A DNA stretch of 61,792 nt, filler included, from Sphacelaria rigidula (taxonomy: Eukaryota): NCBI GenBank assembly GCA_964200075.2. It is 7 parts of 7 records of this genome, joined end to end, with 100 filler letters (N's around TTAATTAATTAA, not from the genome) between each part and the next. Parts side by side here need not be neighbours in the genome. Positions count along the whole stretch, not along the records: positions 17,688 to 26,429 come from CAXNAA020010219.1; positions 26,530 to 35,271 come from CAXNAA020010220.1; positions 35,372 to 44,112 come from CAXNAA020010221.1; 4 more parts are not named here. One strand, 5' to 3'. The notes beneath the pieces are model-generated. The model was not told where the DNA came from. It was given only the letters and a program-made list of their open reading frames with translations, and did no database searches. This document shows, in pieces, positions 26,100 to 36,795 of this stretch. Numbering within the stretch: position 1 is the first letter of the stretch; the number at the start of each line of letters is the position of its first letter. Made by a program: the position numbers and the translations under genes.

Positions 26100-28078
26100 G
26101 TGAGCACCCTCTTGTTTGTCCTTGCCGTTGAAAATTTATCATAAATGCTACGTATGGTGGAGTGATGGGGATGACGATGGTCTTCCCGGAACAGTTATTT
26201 TTTTATCTCTAGTTTCTCGAGTGAGCTGCTCACAACATGGGGGTGGGTGTGTCGGTACACAAGGGTCGCCCTCCTTGAACTCCTTTGGGATGCGAGGTCA
26301 ATGGTGTTACGACTACGGAATGCGAGATCATCATATTTCCCCCCCCGCCCCCCTCCCTCCAATGGTGAGACACCCATGAGGTAGTGTATAAGCTGTGGCT
26401 GTCTCTGAAAGGGGCGAAGCCAGAAAATANNNNNNNNNNNNNNNNNNNNNNNNNNNNNNNNNNNNNNNNNNNNTTAATTAATTAANNNNNNNNNNNNNNN
26501 NNNNNNNNNNNNNNNNNNNNNNNNNNNNNCTTGCGGCCGCCGCTACGTCGATGGCGGGCGAGGGGCGGGGATTGGGGGGGGACGGGGGGGGGGGGGGCTA
26601 TCACGGCATCAGTCGGGGGAGGTTTGGAGTTCGGCGTGTAATCTAGCGATTGTGGCTTGTAAGTTGAAACTAATACTTGCGCTATGACTCAAAACGCAAT
26701 CGGTGTCACCCTGATGCCAAGCACCTTGACTTGTATCTACATTTTCGGTGTGTCCACTGTACTGTGCCGAGCACAACCTAGCATCCAGTACGAGCGAGTG
26801 GGTACTCTGCAGGACCACGGAATACCTGATATTTTCAGCAATCGTTACTCTAGTTACCCTGGAATCCACAGTATTCTCGGAACGATATTCCGCGTACTCT
26901 TGAATACAATATTCACTATTTTCTGCGACCCATACTCCAGGTACTACGTATCGAGTACTGAGTAATGAAACTCCAATCTCGCAGAGGTATTTCCATGGGT
27001 GTAGGCCTTCGTTGTGCTGTATTGTACGATATAGTTACGACGTTTCGCAGCGGCGTTCGATGTGTGGGTGGTTTATCGATCTTGATTATTTCCGCGGGAA
27101 AAAACAAAGGAAAGGCTCGTTAAGTTTCCGGTCGTTCGGAAGGCAGAACATGAGCAGAGATGCGCGTGCATATTTTCTGGATCCTTGTCGAGTTTGCTAC
27201 GCCGAAATTCGCCAGTATGACAGGCACCGGAGATGCAAACACTGCCGTGAGAACTGATGTACTATACCGTGATATGATGATGAAAAAATGACGTCGATGA
27301 TCGAAAGATGCACCGCTCAAGCTCGGACAGAACCGAGCACGATTGCAATGTACAAAAGGACCCTAACGCACGATATATATATATATATATATATATATGT
27401 AAAGTAATGTCTGGGCCCCGAGATTAGTGGTGACGTTTGCTGTATGGATGCACGCTCATTCCTTGCTGATGCCTAATTATAGTGGAAATCGTAGCGGCCC
27501 ACCGGCCGGCAGAATCTCTGCGGATGGCTGTGTTTCCAAGCCATCGATGTTGTTGGATTGCAGGGAAAATATGTGAGGGAAGTATGGGAGTAAAATGTAA
27601 CATCTCCCAGCCCTCCTATCGCAAGGAGCTCACGAGGAGGGCTAGGTCGGTATGCTCGCAACGAGCGTTGGCTTAGAAGAACGAGGAGGTAGGGGGTTCA
27701 TGCACTGTGAGGTGTGTTATCCTCCATCACTCTGGGAGGGGTGTTTTTCACCGTAGGAATGGTCATTCCCCGGGATCACAGACACAATATATGAATAAAA
27801 CAACTCTTTAAATACACCACACCATATTGCTGCAACACACGATGGTGTATAGTTAAACGAATTCAAAGGAAGCTGCAAACTTGGTGGTGCTCAGTTCGTA
27901 TCACAGTAGTCATGTTCCTAGCAGCAAAGGTGCTGCTGTGACTGAGAATCAGAATCACAGGAGAGTCTCATGGAGGAAAGCACTGCAAAAACACCCAACA
28001 CCGGTGCAAATTATTGTAGAGTCAATTACTTCGGGGTGATACATGTACTGCACTGTCTGCATTGCACTGTACTGTACT

Positions 28079-28243
28079 GCACACCCTGGACAATATGTGG
28101 TCAATACTTGCAATACACAATAAACGTACTGCATAAAGTATAGGCCTATTGCAAGTATCGGCAATACTTGCAATAGGCCTATACTTTATGCAGTACGTTT
28201 ATTGTGTATTGCAAGTGTTGACCACATATTGTCCAGGGTGTGC
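28079..28243. mobile_element. Near-perfect 165-bp palindromic MITE (CACCCTGGAC family)
   Basis: gcacaccctggacaatatgtggtcaa...attgcaagtat-cggca-atacttgcaat...ttgaccacatattgtccagggtgtgc. Confidence 0.9.
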
Positions 28244-28736
28244 TGTACTGTACCGCGCTGTCATTACTGTAATGATGTGCCCTACTTTGGACTGCCACTG
28301 ACGGTAGACCTCCTACGTACTGAACAAACACACTGGGGGCGGCGGGACTGTCAGTTGTTTATATCCTCAAGTGCTGTATCCAGAAACACAGACGACATGA
28401 AGCTCCCACACCCCGCATGATTCTGGGGGGGGGAAGCCGTAGTGCCATTAATAAACTAAATATCCAGCGATTCCATGCGACCCACTCCAACGCAAGCTAT
28501 CCGAAGTTAGGCCGCCACACGCCTGTTTTTGTCATCGCGAGGTCAAGCTGACACCTGTCACCGTCTTGGTAAACCACAACCGAGCATTTCGATCATGATA
28601 CCTACAGCAGGCGGTGCCGCTGGCCTGTAGCCTGCAGTCACCACCGACAACAATAATACCAGCACCGACCATATAGTTATAGGGCTAGAGTAAGCACAAC
28701 GCAATAACTCCATACTCTTGCTCTCTAGTCACTAAC

Positions 28737-28923
28737 CACACCTCCTTCGCCCCGCTGCGTTCGGTGCACTGCGGGCACTGCTGAGAGTTGTTGGTGCTCC
28801 TAATGCTCCCGTCATAGTTGCGGGCCCGCTACCTACCATGAACGCCGCCGATGGCTTAGCCAAAACCATCAGAGCGCACAGGAGAACCGATACGCCTACC
28901 CCATCGGCCATCTTAGATGCCAT
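28737..28923 (-). CDS. First exon of a probable plastid-targeted protein (signal peptide plus transit peptide)
   Basis: MASKMADGVGVSVLLCALMVLAKPSAA|FMVG...: hydrophobic signal, ASAFAP-like cleavage site with +1 Phe, S/T/A/R-rich transit region, GTTAGT donor. Confidence 0.6.
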
Positions 28924-29392
28924 TTGCGGCCAACGGTGAAGCAGTACCGTGAGTGTGGAACATTACCTAGCTGGCCTTGAGACACAAGCGTTTGAATATG
29001 TTGCCTTTTTCATCGTCACAATTGCTTCCTTCTGAGGCAGTCCCGTTGATGGTTCTTACCCCTTATTTACACAGTACAACACACGACGATGGCCTAGAAA
29101 AGCTATACCTTCTCGTGCTTTGCCTAAGAAAGGTACGAAAGTAGTCCTTAACTCAAACACAGCTAAACACACCATTTAGACAGTCTTCGCTGCGAAATTT
29201 TCACGCACATCACTCGGGGGGGTCCTTGGGCTCCCGGGCCTCGAAAAAACGGGAGAAAAAAACTTGTCACTCGCGATATATTGCCACGCGAAAACGGACG
29301 TACATCTCGCCTCCAGAAACCGTTTCCCCTTTTTAGGCCAAAAATTTACCAGGTTTACCTGCTTCAAGAAAAAATTTCAAACGTACCTTATC

Positions 29393-30665
29393 TGGGCCAT
29401 CGATCGGCCAAGAACATACCTGTGCTAGGCCGTCGCTTTCGACACTGTATCTGATGCGCCACATCGCACGCAAGGGACCATGACGCCCACACATTCTCTC
29501 TTTTCCCGCTCATTATTTATTTGCCGTACACCGACGCCACAACGACCACGCCCCTTTCTCCCCGGGAATGGTTCCCGAGTATCCCCGCGTCGGTCTTTTG
29601 TGATGCGAAGGGTTGTGGAACATCGTACTGTTGCGATCTCGGGGCTGGTGTCAGGGTCAAGCTAGGCTCTTCCGTCACCAACGAGCGGTTGTCGCATCGT
29701 CGATGGTTGGTCCAAGCGACGAATACATATTATTATTATAGAAATAGGGACATGACAGTAATGATAGCGTTCAGCACTTCTTTTGTTTTCCCCTCAGACT
29801 TTGAACCCCTCCCCTTCCTCGGGATGAGTCCATGGTCTCAAGGGTTCATCCCATCTCTCCCCCGGTACGTGCCTTTCATTTTGATCTCGCGGATTGGATC
29901 AGCACTCCCGCACCGCGCCAACTCACGTCACACTACTTTTGTTTACTCACGTTCTCACGCTTTCCACGGTGGAAATCATACATCACGAAAAAAAACCAAC
30001 GCATCGGGAATCGAACGCCCCTTCTCCACCCTAATGGCGACAGTCGGACCATTACACCACCGGGGCGCGGGGTTACAGTACAGCATCTTCTTCTGCGGAC
30101 ACAACCCGCACTTCTCGCTGGCCATTGGTGATTGCTATGCACGGCCCCGATAGACTTGATGGGTGTGTTCGGCGAGTGTTTTCGTTGGGCGCACGTTACT
30201 CTGTACTGTTGTAGTGCTGAACGCTATTGCTGCTTTGTCCCTATTTCAATAGGCGTGTGACGGCCAGTGCGACTGTGTCCGTTGCTTGAACCAACCATCG
30301 ATGATACGACAACGGCCCGTGGGGGAAGAGCTTAGCTTGACCCTGCTGACACCAGCCCCGAGGTCGCAACAGTACGAGGTTCCACAGCCCCCCGCATTAT
30401 ACAAAAGACCGACGCGTTGTACGTTGTGAGTCCAGTTATTGTGTCGATGCGGAGAGACTCGGGAACCATATTTCCGGGGAGAAAGGGCGGCGCGTGGTTG
30501 TTGTGGCGTCTGTGAACGGCAAATGAGCGGGAAAAGAGCCGAATGTGTGGGCGTCATGGTTCGAGTTGGCGCGTTGACTGCCTTGCGCGCGATGTGCCGC
30601 ATCAGGTACAGTGTTGAAAGCGATGGCCTAGTACAGGCATGTTCACGGCCGATCGGTGGCCCATA
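29393..30665. repeat. Foldback element (arms about 29393-29778 and 30212-30665) with a family B SINE in the loop
   Basis: For example ctgtatctgatgcgccacatcgcacgcaagg versus ccttgcgcgcgatgtgccgcatcaggtacag, and aatagggac...gcgttcagcact versus agtgctgaacgc...gtccctatt. Confidence 0.85.
29790..30072 (-). mobile_element. tRNA-derived SINE, family B
   Basis: Minus-strand head GCCCCGGTGGTGTAATGG (A-box) and GTTCGATTCCCG (B-box); copies at about 54570-54845 (-) and 59388-59685 (+). Confidence 0.8.
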
Positions 30666-30714
30666 TAAGGTACGATCGCACGTCCATCCTTCCTCTCTGT
30701 GCCTCACCCTTTTC

Positions 30715-31032
30715 TACTACTACTTTGTTTATGTGTGCATCCCAAGAACAGTGTTTTGATGTCTCTACTCCAAGGTATGTATACGAGCTGGGCCGGCAGT
30801 AAACCCCACATTCTCTCCTGGTCTACGATCGTCAGTTCCTCTTCTCTTTACTTCCACTTGAACTCCACCGGATTTTTTTTTATCTTCGTTACAGACGAGT
30901 ACCGCGCATTTGTTAACATTCGCTGTCACTCTCCATTTATTTCCTTGTGTATTCTAACTAGCGCCTTGTCTATCTGTTTTTGCAATCCTTCTGATGTTCC
31001 TAAAATTCCCACAAAATCATCTGCGCCATCCA
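30715..31032 (-). pseudogene. LINE reverse transcriptase fragment (from the xADD motif onward)
   Basis: GADDFVGILGTSEGLQKQIDKAL...(frameshift)...VTANVNKCAVLVCNEDKKNPVEFKWK. Confidence 0.75.
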
Positions 31033-31039
31033 CTAGGGG

Positions 31040-31178
31040 AGAGCAGATGCTGATTCGGGAAGGAAGTTGAGAATAGGATCGTGGAACATGTGTGGATTCG
31101 TCACTGACACGTGCAAAAGAATAGAGATATCTAGTAATAGACGAACGAGTAGGTAAACGCGACCTACATATAGTACGA
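31040..31178 (+). pseudogene. LINE endonuclease 5' fragment, same family as 8400-8520
   Basis: ggaagttgagaataggatcgtggaacatgtgtggattc encodes KLRIGSWNMCGF and is nearly identical to 8418-8455. Confidence 0.75.
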
Positions 31179-31180
31179 GT

Positions 31181-31272
31181 CTGTGACGGTTTAAGAGACA
31201 ACCAACTAGACTACTGAGAAGTCAGCGCTGACTTGTCAGTAGTCTAGTTGGTAGTCTCTTGAACCGTCACAG
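31181..31272. repeat. 92-bp near-perfect loopless palindrome
   Basis: ctgtgacggtttaagagacaaccaactagactactgagaagtcagc|gctgacttgtcagtagtctagttggtagtctcttgaaccgtcacag, with 3 mismatched pairs by eye. Confidence 0.92.
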
Positions 31273-33464
31273 GTTACACCTTTTGAGACTCACGCTTCTC
31301 TCGCTTTGAGTAACCTAGACTGATACTTTTTCTAAAAAAAAAGCCGTGGAACTTTTTCTGGAAAGAGCTGGATCTACTAACGATGGTTGATTCGACTGGA
31401 TCACGGGAAAGATTCTGAGAACCTTCATTCCACTACACTATGACTATGGCATGCATGATGATGAGTACACCGGACGTGGAGCCGACCACGCTACTGTGCG
31501 CTCAGTCATTGCAGAGTAATGCAGTTGCAAAAGGCAATGTTGTGTTGTCCGCAGCCATAGTGTTACCGTTACGATAGTAAACTGGTGAGACAAGCAACCC
31601 GGTGATTGCAAAACGAGAGGATCACAACAAAGAGGCAGTCAATTATTCTCAAACAGGGTCGTAGCATAAAATTATACCTTCTACAAACGACCGGATGATT
31701 GAGTTGTGACTGCGTTTACAGGAGAGCGGTATATAATGACGGCATTGACTGTTCAAAGCTGTATTGACTGTTCACAGCCCAGTACGAGAATACGCTGAAC
31801 TCCTTGACTCGGCATTCAATCTAGTAATGCACATGCAGTGTACTTTTCAAGGTAGAACAAAAAGTATCCTTTTGGATTCTAGCTATACTCGATGATACAG
31901 TTTTATTGATCGATTTGCACGCAGGATGCGTGGCAATTAACAGATTGCGGAGAAACTGATCATGTGCTGTTAATTTAAAACCATTACATGCAGCCGCAAA
32001 ACCACCGCATTTGGTTATCTGTTCTGAACCAGCAGTTTTAGAATGTTGCCTCGTGTTGAGTAGGGTGTTGAGGTGGATGTACTTAGCCTTCAGACAACGA
32101 GAGCAGGTCATCTGTTGAATGAGCATCAATTTCACGCAGGGGTGTAGAATGTGTGGGTCCATAACCCAAACGCATTGTGACCTGTCTACAATGAATCTCC
32201 AGTGAATCGTTCATTAAACCAGGATACAAAATATGCGACATTCACCTTACATCCTGGTCAGGGGGGGTAACCATTGCTAGTCGGATTGCTTACTGTCAAG
32301 AAAATGAGGGTAACCTCAGAGTGTTCTCACTGCCAGGCCAGCTCAATGGCTGTGGGGTGTGTTTCTATAATATGGTATAGACCAAACCCAAAGGGGTATT
32401 GTAGTTAGTTCACGGCTATAAATACATGAAAGGATCGCAGCCAAAAGTACTCAAGCAGTGACCATAATATTTTTTCTCTTCCGCAATATTGATTCGACGG
32501 TTCTTGGGAAGGTGGATTATCAATCTATCAGTCATGGACCCCCTAAGGGTCCCACCCATGGCTGCTTTGATCACCTCAACACTTCCACGAGTGGGCAACT
32601 ACTGAGAGTGCTGCACACCAAAGGCTTGCACAAGGAGCGTCAATCCAGATTCCCGTAGTCCATCTACTCTGCACGCGCTGGCGACCAACTACAAGAAGAG
32701 TTGATCGCCTAATCGGGCATGTTTGACCACCTCTGGGATTCGTCTGGATGGGGCTTCTGGTCTTGAGGGTCTACGGGCTCCACGCATCCTTTTTGCTGAA
32801 ATATATATCAAAGAGAAATCGACAGAGTGGTTGGCTGGTGCTGGGCAACGAGAGTAATAATTGAGGACAATATGCACTTTGCTTGCATGTAAGCCAGACA
32901 ACGTGTGAATGAATTAGGAAATTTGTGTGATTTCGTAGTATGCGTGCGTTATACAATAAGCTCACCCATAAACAGGCAGGAAATCACTACATGCAGGAAA
33001 TGAAGGAGGACGGAAACCCAAGACAGCAAGACCGTGCTCGTTCAAACAGGTTTATGGGAGCCACATTTTCCAACCCCCCGCATGCTTCCAGGTTGACAGG
33101 AGGCCGAAGTCCGGAAGAATATCCTTGATTATTCCCCAATTAGGGAAATTCGAGCCGAATGTACGCATGAACCCGTCTCGCACGATCAATTTTTTTCTGT
33201 CATGCTTCCCTGCTTTCCGGTTTCCCCTTGTTCACCTTCCCTTTCTGATTTCCACTCTTATACCATGATGGAAAATTGAGGCTGTCCGTTTTATCCCACT
33301 TCAGATGTTTCTCACCCCATTTTGCCCAAAGCGCCCAAGAGACGGTGAGATATTGTGTCGATATTATGAAGTGCGGTTGACTGATTTTTTTTACATCCAT
33401 GTGGCATATGTGTGCAGGTTATCGTTTCAAGTACCGAATAGCCAACTCGAAAATCGGCAAAAGG

Positions 33465-35271
33465 ATGAGCGGAAACCCCTTGAACCCGCAAGCCCAACCC
33501 TTCTACCCATCAGGGTCGAGTCAACAACCTCCAGTGCAAGCCCCCCACCCTCAGCAGCAGCAATCTTTTGTCCCTGTTCAGCAACAACAGGCGGTTGCAC
33601 CCCCTCAGCAACAACAGTTTGTTGGACCTGTTCAGCAACAACAGGCTGTTGCGCCCCATCAGCAACAGGCTGTTGGACCGCTTCCACAGCAACAGGTGGC
33701 CGCACCTCCTCATCAGCAGGTTCTGCAACAACAACAGCAAGGACACGTTGGCCCGATGCCTCAGCATGTCCCGCAGTCTATTCCTCCGCCTATTCAGTCG
33801 GCAAGGCCAGTCTTTGTGCCTCAGGGGGCTCATCAAGCCCCGGCCGCTGGAAGTTTCGCTCATTCCCAGCTGCCACCTCCACCGCCGTTGCCCCCACAGC
33901 GCCGTTCGAGGTTTACGGTCGCACCAGACCCGGTTAGTCTCTACTGCAGTCCGTTCTACGGATCTCTCAATCCCTCTGGTGTAACCCCGGCAGCCCAATC
34001 TAGGCTGGATGGGCTGACTCCGTATGGGGCCACGTACCCTCGTGTTCCCGCACCATACCCATCTGATCACAACTGGTCGGCTGTGCTGAAACACCAACAA
34101 GCGATGTCCCGTCAAGCAAACACTTTGGCCAAGCTTGTTGGTTCCCAAGACACCGACACCATCGTTTATAAGGGACGGTCTGTAGATCATAATGCAGAAC
34201 TGACGTATACTAACTCTGCGGTCTTGTTCGCGAACAATTTTCGTACCACGCTCGCGGCGTATGAAGGGGGGAATTGGAGGGTCCCTACTGATGCACACAT
34301 GACCAGTAAGCCGCTAAAACCACAAGCGGAGCAATACAAAGATAGACGCAGGGACCTTTTGATGCGTGTAATGCTGCCTACTTCTGCGACGTATACGGAG
34401 ATGACAAGTTGGAGGGAGAACCAAATCTCAGTACCTGGAGTAACCGCTCTGGAGTGGCTCAAGAAGCTAGTAGAAGAAGAAGCGAGGATGGGTGTAAGCC
34501 ATGCACAGACTGCACTGCACAACATGAAATTACTCAAGAATGAGAGTTATGTAGCAGCCGCTCATCGGTTGATCCTGCTGACTATGGCGGCCACGGTTTC
34601 TTCAGCCTCTTCACAACTCGCAGAGGAAGAATACTTCTGGAGGACAGCCTCGGAAGTATTGGTCCTACAGATGTGCAGTACTTTCCATACGTTGGTAATC
34701 CCCGACCAAACTGCACAAATCGTATCACATACATTACTACAAACACCCAACAAAGCCTTAGAAGACGACGTCCGACCCTTACTAGTTCACCATGGAGACC
34801 CGTGCAGCCCCGACATGGAGGAGCGAGGGCGCCGCACGTATCATATATATAGTGAATTTGTATTGGCCATTCAACGTCACTGTGAATGTTCTAGAACATC
34901 TACCGAGGCGATGAGCAGCACTGCTGCCGCATTAACACGCCCCGTGCCCAGGCCCATATACGCGGGGCTGGTAGAAGTTAAGAAGCGACTCATGCAGGAA
35001 GCAGAGGAGGGGAACCAAGGGCAAGACTTCGACTCTGTTGCTGCCTTCAGCAACTAAAACGCGTCAACACCAAGAGGCGGCACGCCTTTCGGGACATCCT
35101 CATCTACTCGTGGAGCACAGAAGCGCCCGAGGGAAGAATCAGCCAAGTCCACCAAGCGTGTCAAGTTTGACACGCGAGGAGAGGCACCGGCGACCGGGTT
35201 CCTCCCTGCCCGCAATGCGCCCAAGGGGGAGCGCGACGTCGCCATCCGTTTGCTAGGGGTGTGTTTCAACC
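33465..35271 (+). mobile_element. Gag-like ORF of a probable LTR retrotransposon; intronless, one in-frame TAA at 35055-35057, cut by the contig end
   Basis: 530 intronless codons from MSGNPLNPQAQPFYP: Q/P-rich repeats, a helical-looking core, then an open in-frame continuation past the TAA (basic KRPREESAKSTKRVKF, ending LGVCFN, which resembles a zinc-knuckle start). Confidence 0.5.
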
Positions 35272-36795
35272 NNNNNNNNNNNNNNNNNNNNNNNNNNNNN
35301 NNNNNNNNNNNNNNNTTAATTAATTAANNNNNNNNNNNNNNNNNNNNNNNNNNNNNNNNNNNNNNNNNNNNAGTTTTTTTTTTTTTAAAAGGAAGGGTGG
35401 CCAATGCTACATTTACTTGTGCAAGAACCACATTCTTCCCCCCCCCCCCCCCTCTTTCTTCCTCGGGACGCGTCTGCAATCTCATGGGATCAACCAACCT
35501 CTCTCACTTGAATGAATCCAGATATCAATATTTCATCTGTACAAATTATGTAGCAGCCGCATTTACATCCGGTAGATGTGTCTCTCGCGCAGCAGCGGTT
35601 TGCAGGTTTTGTGTGGTCATATTCCCCGTACTTAATATTGACCTAGTAATAACTCGCCAAAAACATAAGAAGGAGTGTGCATGTAGGTTCGAGGGACTCC
35701 GACGACGCAGTATGCCGTACCGTTTGGCCTCAGATTCGTCCTGCTAGCCGCAGTCTCTACAGTTCTACTCTATTGTACTGTGCTGTGTCTGCTTTGTAAT
35801 ATCAGCAGTCAAACAGGAGGCGAAGCAGATCTATCGTGTGAGAACCATGGTAGTAGTCTCTCCCTGACACACGTCGGAGTATTGCAATATGTGCTTTTTC
35901 AGCGGCATAATCACCATCCTCGCTCCCTTTCAGTTCGCGCTACACTAGAGGGTCCAGCGCAGCTGAAAAGATATGCTGCTCAGATTTTGGAACTGTCTGC
36001 CCCGCAAAACCTGGGAACAGCAAGGGCAGGTATTCCGTGGAAACATCATCATTATGTTAGCGACAATCTGAGCCGCGCGCGGACTCTCTCTCCCTACACC
36101 ACACACACACACGCACACACACACACACATGTACCGAACCCTCCCTCCTGTCGCCCATGGGATTGGCGTCGGTTGGCAATGACGCTGTAAAACACGCCAC
36201 TTACTGCGTAAGCTCGGCAACCAGGTTATCATGTTTTTATCGCTTGCGTTTTTTGCGGTGACCATGGTGGTGGTCGAGCTACAGTAGATTGTATTGTGCG
36301 GGATGGGAGAAGCTCAGTCCGCGGAAACAGGGATGATTATGCTACCTAGTGTTGAAATGGTGAGACACCCACGGGGCAGTGTATAACCCATGACTGTCTC
36401 TGCAAGTGGCGATACTAGAAAATGAACAAACTCGTCGGCGCCTGGCATCCATCGCAAGATAACCAGTACGCTTCGGGCCGAACAATCCTGGCAGGGTGCA
36501 GCCCACCCTTCGTGCGACTCGCTCAACACGCCACGACGCTTTGTGCTTGGTGATTGATTACGAGCCTAGTCCGACGAAAACCTGGCGTGCTCCGTTCCGG
36601 CTTTGTAGGGATGCGAGGTCAATTGTCATATGACTACGGCACGCAGGATCATGAGTACCCCGCTCCTCCTTCCCCCCCCCCCCCTTTCCCCCCCTCCCCC
36701 TCGCCGCTCCCTACGGGTACCCACACCTCCGGTTTCTCTACCACACCAATTCCCGTCTATCTGCATTCCGTATTCCTCGAACGACTTCGCTCCGA

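Noticed and set aside
32371-32385. Primer-binding site TGGTATAGACC for the Gag-like element
   Set aside because: It does not match the usual iMet PBS (TGGTATCAGAGC), and no LTR pair is visible to anchor it.
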